A DNA stretch of 32,000 nucleotides, taken from Desulfocapsa sulfexigens DSM 10523 (GTDB lineage: Bacteria; Desulfobacterota; Desulfobulbia; Desulfobulbales; Desulfocapsaceae). A model generated the notes under the pieces. That model saw nothing but the letters and a program-made list of their open reading frames with translations, did no database searches and had not been told where the DNA came from. The DNA lies in NCBI RefSeq assembly GCF_000341395.1, contig NC_020304.1, positions 2,430,001 to 2,462,000 on the forward strand. Direction: 5' to 3'. Position 1 is the first letter of the stretch, and each line of letters opens with the position of its first letter. Positions 25,998 to 32,000 of this stretch are shown piece by piece. Both the position numbers and the translations under genes were made by a program.

Positions 25998-28900
25998 TCA
26001 CCACAGGCGTGTAGGTACGACAGCAGCATCTTCAAGTTCAATGGTGTAGAAGATATCTCCGGCATTACTGCTTGTACCGGTTGTGGTCTGGAGATGAATA
26101 TTGCGGTTCAGGCGATAGCGGGTTATAAACTCACTTTCACCCGTTTTCACATCCGTGCCCACTGAAACGGAAAGTTTACTGTTGATCTGCCTGCCAATGG
26201 AGAGTCTTGTCCCCGTTGATGTCTCTGGCGAGGATCCGGTGAGCAGGTAAGATATTACATGACTTTCAGACATCGGCGGGTTGGAAAAGGTGGTCAACCT
26301 GGGTTTTTTCAGTGGACCGATGGCATAGATTCCCGCCACAACATCTCCGACGGTACGTGTTGCTCGAAGATTTATGCCCGGCTGGCTTAACGGGCCACCG
26401 GCAAAAGAAATCACCCCTGTTTCTATATCAAGATCCTGACCATAGGCCCGAAAACTTCCCTGTTCAATATAAAAAGCACCACTGCCGATCATCTGTTCAT
26501 CCGGTTCGGAGAGGATGGTTATTTGACCATTGATGTAGGTGTTAAACCCAAGTCCCACAAAGTGCACCCTGTCTTCAAGACTAATTTTGAGCAGCATACG
26601 AAATGGCGATTTTACCTCATTCTCCTTTTGTTGTTCCTGAAGAATAACCACGTCAGGAGAGGCTGACAGGCTGCCAGGTGGTAATTCCCGCAGTAAAATA
26701 TCGGCTTTGGGAATGCTGGCTACTCCGGTGAGACTCACAAGGCCATTGTTTTTTTCAAAAAGAATGTCAGATGAAAGCAATATAGTAATATCGGGCAGGT
26801 TGACCAGTCTGAAGTTGTTGCCCTTAAGCGTAAGACGTGCAGGCCAACCCTTTTCGCTGTCAAGAGTTGCGTTTCCTTCAAGCTGCATTGATCCCTCGGG
26901 GGACTGGAGGCTTCCTTTAAGGGTTATCTCTTTGTTGTCTGCTGTAAGATCAAAACTGCTGTCCGTGAGATCAAGTCCTATCACAGGAATAAGGACGTGG
27001 CTAATGCTAAGTTGTCCATTTCCATCAATGTCAGGTTCTTCGACGGTTCCGAGAATTGTGAAATTGAGGTCTATGGCTCCACTTAAACCTTTAACATCGG
27101 GAACCAGAGCTTCGACCAGCTCGAAGTGTTTGGCATTAACCAGGAGAGTACCCTGAAGCTTCGCCTTGCCTCCAATATCTTTCTGGAGAAGATTTGGTGA
27201 TTGTATATGACCACTCAGGATATTCGAATTTGCACTGATATGAAAGTCTGTCTCGAGGGCATCGTCAACGATCTTCAGTTTGAGGGCTAATCCTTCATGG
27301 GGAAGCGTCCCTTCCGCTTTCTCAGTTTGATAGGAGATTTCTCCAGGTGTTATTGCCGCAGTTGCATCAACTTTGAGTTTGTCTTTCATGGTGACCGTGG
27401 CCTGGGCAGAAAAGAGACCCGTCAGGCTCTCCAGAGTCTCGGGGAACCATGGGGAAAGCCAGTTAAGCGGAATTTTATTTATTCGTAAGTTTCCACTGGT
27501 ATCTTTGTTTTCAGAATTCCACATTCCCTCAATACAGAGATCTGAATTGTCTCTTCTGAGACAGAGAGGGGCAAGCGAAGCAGCAGTCACAGAGGCGGAA
27601 ATTGTTGTAGGCTCCTGCATCTGCCAATTACCGAGTTCCGTGGAAAGAATCGAAAATGTATCGAGCAGTCCACGCCATTTATCGTCACTGTAGCCTCCGC
27701 TGAGGGTAAGGCTGATATCCGCCATATCATGGTCTGCTTTGATTTGAACTGTGTGCTCTTCTCTGTTGCCTTTTCCCTGTAAATAAAAGGCGTTAATCAG
27801 GCTATATCCCGATTTGAGGCCGCCTGCGTTGAAAGTGAAAGAAAAGGGGTTGGTCCAGCTTAAATCGAGATCCACATCTGCTTGAATAGTATCCAGGGTT
27901 AAATCGGTGTAGGTAATGGAGTTTCCAGAAAGCGCGATGTCAATCTGTGGTTCTGTCATGCTCTTCCGTATCGTCCCGGAGGCTTTGATTTGTCCGGAGC
28001 TGTCTGGCAGGAGGTCTGAAAAATCTGCGATATCTGCTTTCCACTGCAGATTGGATTGTTCACCGAGGTTGCCAGAGGCAGTGATTGTTGCGCTGCCGGA
28101 TGCCAGATTTAAATCCTCAATGCGGATATCATTTGGCTTTACTGTGATACCTCCCGTTCCGGTGATGGGGAGTTCCCGTAACCTGCCATTCAGACTGTCG
28201 ATTATGATATTACTACTAACGCCATCCTCTTCAATAAAACCGTTCGATCCTATCAACCAGTTGAGTCTCCCAGGCCAGTCTGGGTAGTAGATTCCGGGAT
28301 TGATCTGTGTGCCTTTTATTTTCAGGTTCCATTTGATATCTGGTCCCCACGCAACATCACCCTGGAGAACAACTTCGCCCCCCAAAAGGCCAAGAGTGAG
28401 CTGCAGGTTCTTGAGATTGTCTGCGGAACCTTGCGCGTTCAGGTTGACCGTGCTCGCTGGAAGGTCATTGCCGGTAAGCAGGCCATCAAGAACTATATGA
28501 TAGGAATCAATAGTTCCTTTGAGGGTAGCTTCACCCTTGGGAGAGCCATAGTCTGCAGCTCCGTGAACGGGCCATTGCAGCTCCTGCCAGTGCAGCAGTA
28601 AATCGAAGAAGTTTTGTCCAATGTCAGCGATTCCTGTGATATCGAGAATAGCTTCGTTTTCTGGTTGTTTCAGGGTGAATTGTTTGATGTCAAGTGTGAG
28701 ACTTTCAAGATTTACCTGAACGTTTATGTCTGCGTCCCAGTTGACTTCAGCTGCTGTTTTATCACGTATGCTAAGCGTTGAGGCAAGTTCTGTCTGCTTG
28801 AGTGTCCCGCTTGTGGTGAGTTTTCCCGTCACTCTTCCCGGGATATCCGGAGCGAAAGCTGCCGGGATAAGTTCAGCGATCGTGAGCTTTCCATGCCAGC

Positions 28901-29693
28901 CGGGATCAGAAAGGATCTCTTTCACGGTTATATCCAGATTGGCACTGATGTCGCCACTGATTTCTTCCACTATCTGCAATTCCTCCAGATCACCACTAAG
29001 GCTCCCTTTTATTGTTATGGTTGGAATCGCTTGACTTAGGGTCGTAACATCAGTTGTGAGCTGCAGGGGGTAATTGGCGTTGGGATGTATTTTCCCCCGT
29101 ATCTGAATGGATGCCATGTCCGTGGTAACATTAAGTGTCTCGATCTGTATGGTGTCTTCGTCCCATGCCAGTTTAAGGGCTGCCTTGTCAATAGAAAGTG
29201 CTTCCGTGTCCGGGGCGGATAAGAAAGTGAAGTTGTTCAGGGCAAGTTTTTCAATGCTGAGCCTGATGGGCAGGGCGATTTCCGGCAGTGTTCCAGGGCC
29301 ACTTTCTCGCTGGTTTACCTGGCTGTTCTGGGGAGTCGCTTCGTAGGAAACATCGTCTGCTAAAATTTCCAAAATGTGAAGGTGGAGTCTGAACAGGTCT
29401 GTACTCTTCCAGTCCAGTACCAGATGTCTGATCTGAGCAACACCTGTGGAACTGCTGAACCTGATATCAGCAAGTTCCAGGCGATCAAGAATCCTGCCTC
29501 TGGCAGTCCCTATCTGCAGATTTTCATCGAGCAGTTTCTCAGCCTGAACAATAAGAAATTGAGTTCCGCTTTCGGTGCCAAGCAGAAAGAACGCAGCTGT
29601 AAACAGAAGGGACACGAGTCCGAAGAAGGCAATCGCTGCGCCAGGGAGCCATTTTTTCACAATGTTGCTCCAAAACCAATATGAAATCGCCAA
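25998..29693 (-). CDS. tamB: Translocation and assembly module TamB-like protein
   Basis: 1231 aa, N-terminal TM anchor, long beta-rich AsmA/DUF490-type repeats, C-terminal 'SYLLTGSSPETSTGTRLSIGRQINSKLSVSVGTDVKTGESEFITRYRLNRNIHLQTTTGTSSNAGDIFYTIEL'. A GTG at 29658-29660 overlapping the upstream stop as GTGA is an alternative start. Confidence 0.92.
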   Translation of the reverse strand: MAISYWFWSNIVKKWLPGAAIAFFGLVSLLFTAAFFLLGTESGTQFLIVQAEKLLDENLQIGTARGRILDRLELADIRFSSSTGVAQIRHLVLDWKSTDLFRLHLHILEILADDVSYEATPQNSQVNQRESGPGTLPEIALPIRLSIEKLALNNFTFLSAPDTEALSIDKAALKLAWDEDTIQIETLNVTTDMASIQIRGKIHPNANYPLQLTTDVTTLSQAIPTITIKGSLSGDLEELQIVEEISGDISANLDITVKEILSDPGWHGKLTIAELIPAAFAPDIPGRVTGKLTTSGTLKQTELASTLSIRDKTAAEVNWDADINVQVNLESLTLDIKQFTLKQPENEAILDITGIADIGQNFFDLLLHWQELQWPVHGAADYGSPKGEATLKGTIDSYHIVLDGLLTGNDLPASTVNLNAQGSADNLKNLQLTLGLLGGEVVLQGDVAWGPDIKWNLKIKGTQINPGIYYPDWPGRLNWLIGSNGFIEEDGVSSNIIIDSLNGRLRELPITGTGGITVKPNDIRIEDLNLASGSATITASGNLGEQSNLQWKADIADFSDLLPDSSGQIKASGTIRKSMTEPQIDIALSGNSITYTDLTLDTIQADVDLDLSWTNPFSFTFNAGGLKSGYSLINAFYLQGKGNREEHTVQIKADHDMADISLTLSGGYSDDKWRGLLDTFSILSTELGNWQMQEPTTISASVTAASLAPLCLRRDNSDLCIEGMWNSENKDTSGNLRINKIPLNWLSPWFPETLESLTGLFSAQATVTMKDKLKVDATAAITPGEISYQTEKAEGTLPHEGLALKLKIVDDALETDFHISANSNILSGHIQSPNLLQKDIGGKAKLQGTLLVNAKHFELVEALVPDVKGLSGAIDLNFTILGTVEEPDIDGNGQLSISHVLIPVIGLDLTDSSFDLTADNKEITLKGSLQSPEGSMQLEGNATLDSEKGWPARLTLKGNNFRLVNLPDITILLSSDILFEKNNGLVSLTGVASIPKADILLRELPPGSLSASPDVVILQEQQKENEVKSPFRMLLKISLEDRVHFVGLGFNTYINGQITILSEPDEQMIGSGAFYIEQGSFRAYGQDLDIETGVISFAGGPLSQPGINLRATRTVGDVVAGIYAIGPLKKPRLTTFSNPPMSESHVISYLLTGSSPETSTGTRLSIGRQINSKLSVSVGTDVKTGESEFITRYRLNRNIHLQTTTGTSSNAGDIFYTIELEDAAVVPTRLW

Positions 29694-31450
29694 TCATTTA
29701 ATTCAGGACTTTCACTTACCGGATATGCAATATCGATACGCAGCGAACCAAAGGGTGCCAGCCAGCGCAACCCGACCCCTGCACCGACATATGCGTCCCC
29801 AAGTTTGTCATTGTAAGCATTTCCTGCATCTACAAATCCTGCTAATACCCAGGACTGGGAGACTCGATGATCATACTCCAGGCTCCCTGTTACTACATTT
29901 TTACCACCGACGCTGACACCATTAGCATTCTTCGGCCCCAGTGATTCGTATGAATATCCACGGACAGAAGTGTCTCCACCGGCAAAAAACCTGAGGGTGG
30001 CCGGGTACATGTCGAAGTCTTCAACCCAGGTTGTGCCTATCTCAATTTGTGTGTCGATACGGCCATTTTTGCCTAATCCCACCATGTACCTTCCCTTCAT
30101 GTGAAGACGGGCATAGGATGTGTCGGAAAGAAGTGCTTCTGAGGCACCGCGAAGATCTATAAACAGATAGTCGCCGTATTGAGGGAAAATAGATTCTTCT
30201 GTATCTGAAAAACGAAAGGTTCCACCAAGACTGTAGAGAGCAGTGTTTTCGTCGGGCTCACCTTCAACACTGAACTGTTCGCTTGAAGCGAGGACGAAGC
30301 CTTTGTAAAGAAGTGTGTCGGCAAGGTTTCTTCGTACGAATGCTGTTTCCATTTCAAGGGTGGCACTGCTTGTGTCGGGAGTCTGGTCAAATTCATAACT
30401 GGCTGTCGATACCCATCTGTCAGTGAGAGGTTTTACAACCGGGATATTATACTGAGCCCGAATGATGCTTTCTGTCCAGGCAAGTTTGACAGAAAGCTCC
30501 GAGTGGTGGCCGTAACGATTGAGTAATCTGTCGTCCCAGCGTGCGGATCCACGAATTCCTGTGTCGGAATCATAGCCGACCCCAAATGTAAATTTATGTG
30601 GGGCAATCGGTTTCATAATCACAGTCAAAGGTAATTGTTGATCCAGTGATTCTTCGTAACGTGGGGTAATGGTTACTTCTCTGGCGTAATTACTTGCAAT
30701 CAGATTCTGCTGAAATTCCAGCAGGGCCTCATAGGAATAGGGGGTTCCCTTTTCCATGGTGATGTATTTTGTGAGCAGGTCTGGATTAAGAAAATCCTGC
30801 AGAAAAGTGATATTTCCAAAGTAATACAGAGGACCGGTATCCATGTGAAGAGTTAATTTTGCAGTGTTGCTATCAAGATCAACCAGCCATTCACTTGTTA
30901 TGAATCTTGCCTTTGGATATCCATTGGAAAAGGCTATGTTCATAAAAGTATTCTTTGCTGCTTCATACTCTGCATGGATCAGGGTTTTCCCTGCCTTTCT
31001 AAGGTAATCCTTTATGCTCTGCTGGAGTGCCGGATGGTTCATTCCTTCACCAAACCATTGTACGTCTCTACCTGTTATGACAACAGGTTCTCCCTTGTCT
31101 ACTCTGTAGGTGGCGAACCATTGACCATCTTCTTCGATCAACGCCGAGCGAATCTCTGGAATATAATAGCCAAAGGGTTGCAGGGCTTCACGAATTTCCT
31201 GCGGCGCCTGCTGGTGTAGCTTCTTGATCCAACGCGGGGTGAGATCCTCGTCATTTTTCATTTTGTTGATATCGAGAAAAAGGAGGACATTTTGCCGAAA
31301 GGGGGCTTCGAGTCCGGTAAGGTCTACACTAAGAGGTGTTGCAGCCATGGCCGGAAAGGAAAACAGGATAAGGAGCAGGCTGAATGCAAGTTGGATGCTT
31401 CGTAAAACATACTGGCTGGGAATGCTTGGGAGGAACATAAAAATGTTCAT
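29657..31450 (-). CDS. tamA: TamA-like Omp85/BamA-superfamily outer membrane protein
   Basis: POTRA-like N-terminus, 'TDSGIRGSARW'-type 'GVGYDSDTGIRGSARWDDRLLNRYGHHSELS', 'RFFAGGDTSVRGYSYESLGP', 'VGAGVGLRWLAPFGSLRIDIAYPV'. Confidence 0.93.
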   Translation of the reverse strand: MNIFMFLPSIPSQYVLRSIQLAFSLLLILFSFPAMAATPLSVDLTGLEAPFRQNVLLFLDINKMKNDEDLTPRWIKKLHQQAPQEIREALQPFGYYIPEIRSALIEEDGQWFATYRVDKGEPVVITGRDVQWFGEGMNHPALQQSIKDYLRKAGKTLIHAEYEAAKNTFMNIAFSNGYPKARFITSEWLVDLDSNTAKLTLHMDTGPLYYFGNITFLQDFLNPDLLTKYITMEKGTPYSYEALLEFQQNLIASNYAREVTITPRYEESLDQQLPLTVIMKPIAPHKFTFGVGYDSDTGIRGSARWDDRLLNRYGHHSELSVKLAWTESIIRAQYNIPVVKPLTDRWVSTASYEFDQTPDTSSATLEMETAFVRRNLADTLLYKGFVLASSEQFSVEGEPDENTALYSLGGTFRFSDTEESIFPQYGDYLFIDLRGASEALLSDTSYARLHMKGRYMVGLGKNGRIDTQIEIGTTWVEDFDMYPATLRFFAGGDTSVRGYSYESLGPKNANGVSVGGKNVVTGSLEYDHRVSQSWVLAGFVDAGNAYNDKLGDAYVGAGVGLRWLAPFGSLRIDIAYPVSESPELNDWRFHIGFGATL

Positions 31451-31464
31451 AACAGAGCTTGTGA

Positions 31465-31929
31465 CTACTGGGTGGGTAGTGATTGTTTGCCTGAAATACT
31501 TTCTATTGAGACCTTGATAACAGCAGTTGCCTGTACCATTTTGTCTGGGAAGTCAAATTGCTTGTCACTGTACTGTGCCATGATGATAGCAAGGGCAAAT
31601 TTTTTCGCCTCGTTATTTTCCACTAGAGAAGCCTTGCCAAATCCTACAATGGACTGAAACTTCATACTCCAACTGCATGCTTTTTCGGCTGCAACCGTTT
31701 CAATGAGATGGTCAAACTCAAAACAGACATTCGGGTTGGTTGTAATCAGATTGATCTTTTTTCCCTCTTTGGCACCGTGGAAATAGAGTACATTGTCATG
31801 GTAGCCAAAGGAGAGCGGAATTACATAAGGTGTGTCTCCATCCACCATGGCAAGTCTGCAGATTTTCGCTTTTGCTATAATCGCAAGGAGTTCAGCGTGG
31901 TCTGTAATCTCTTTTTCTTTTCTTCGCAT
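31465..31929 (-). CDS. Pyridoxamine 5'-phosphate oxidase family (NimA-like) protein
   Basis: 'ICRLAMVDGDTPYVIPLSFGYHDNVLYFHGAKEGKKINLITTNPNVCFEFD' ... 'WSMKFQSIVGFGKASLVEN'. Confidence 0.9.
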   Translation of the reverse strand: MRRKEKEITDHAELLAIIAKAKICRLAMVDGDTPYVIPLSFGYHDNVLYFHGAKEGKKINLITTNPNVCFEFDHLIETVAAEKACSWSMKFQSIVGFGKASLVENNEAKKFALAIIMAQYSDKQFDFPDKMVQATAVIKVSIESISGKQSLPTQ

Positions 31930-32000
31930 GATGGTTTTTTGTCTGGGTAAAAAAAGGAGGCGTTTCTCAATCTTTTAGTAAAATAGCACAGCCTGCTGTA

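Noticed and set aside
26707-27156. 149-aa and other plus-strand ORFs opposite tamB (26312..29684)
   Set aside because: Antisense shadow ORFs within a long authentic coding sequence; low-complexity compositions and no recognisable domains.
1-32000. Defence island, prophage, transposon, CRISPR or BGC
   Set aside because: No integrase, transposase, Cas, toxin-antitoxin, phage structural or biosynthetic-core genes and no regularly spaced direct repeats were seen.

Overview
This 32 kb window looks like an ordinary stretch of chromosome from an anaerobic, probably sulfate- or sulfur-metabolising deltaproteobacterium (lineage is inferred from gene content). I found no phage, integrase, IS element, CRISPR array or RNA gene. 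Gene order: partial MacB-like ABC permease; multi-pass membrane protein (possible TsoY family); Tex; small conserved-looking ORF; large receiver-PEP/pyruvate-binding protein; NADP glutamate dehydrogenase; Bpt-type aminoacyltransferase; PEP-CTERM metalloprotease and PEP-CTERM protein; exported isochorismatase-fold protein; ZIP transporter; AmrS-like radical SAM enzyme; DUF2959-like lipoprotein; Der; SLC13 permease; SPFH and NfeD proteins; thioesterase; periplasmic binding protein; multiheme cytochrome c; peroxiredoxin; rubredoxin; TamB/TamA; PNPOx-like protein. The strongest observation is that the ORF track splits one peroxiredoxin gene (24929..25648) at an in-frame TGA. That TGA sits exactly at the peroxidatic residue ([13 protein letters not shown]) and is followed 10 nt later by a perfect 7-bp hairpin with a GGUC loop, so it is a selenocysteine-containing peroxiredoxin (PrxU-like) with a bacterial SECIS. 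It lies between a 5 x CxxCH cytochrome and an unlisted 52-aa rubredoxin with a shortened CPCG motif, a plausible peroxide-defence module.
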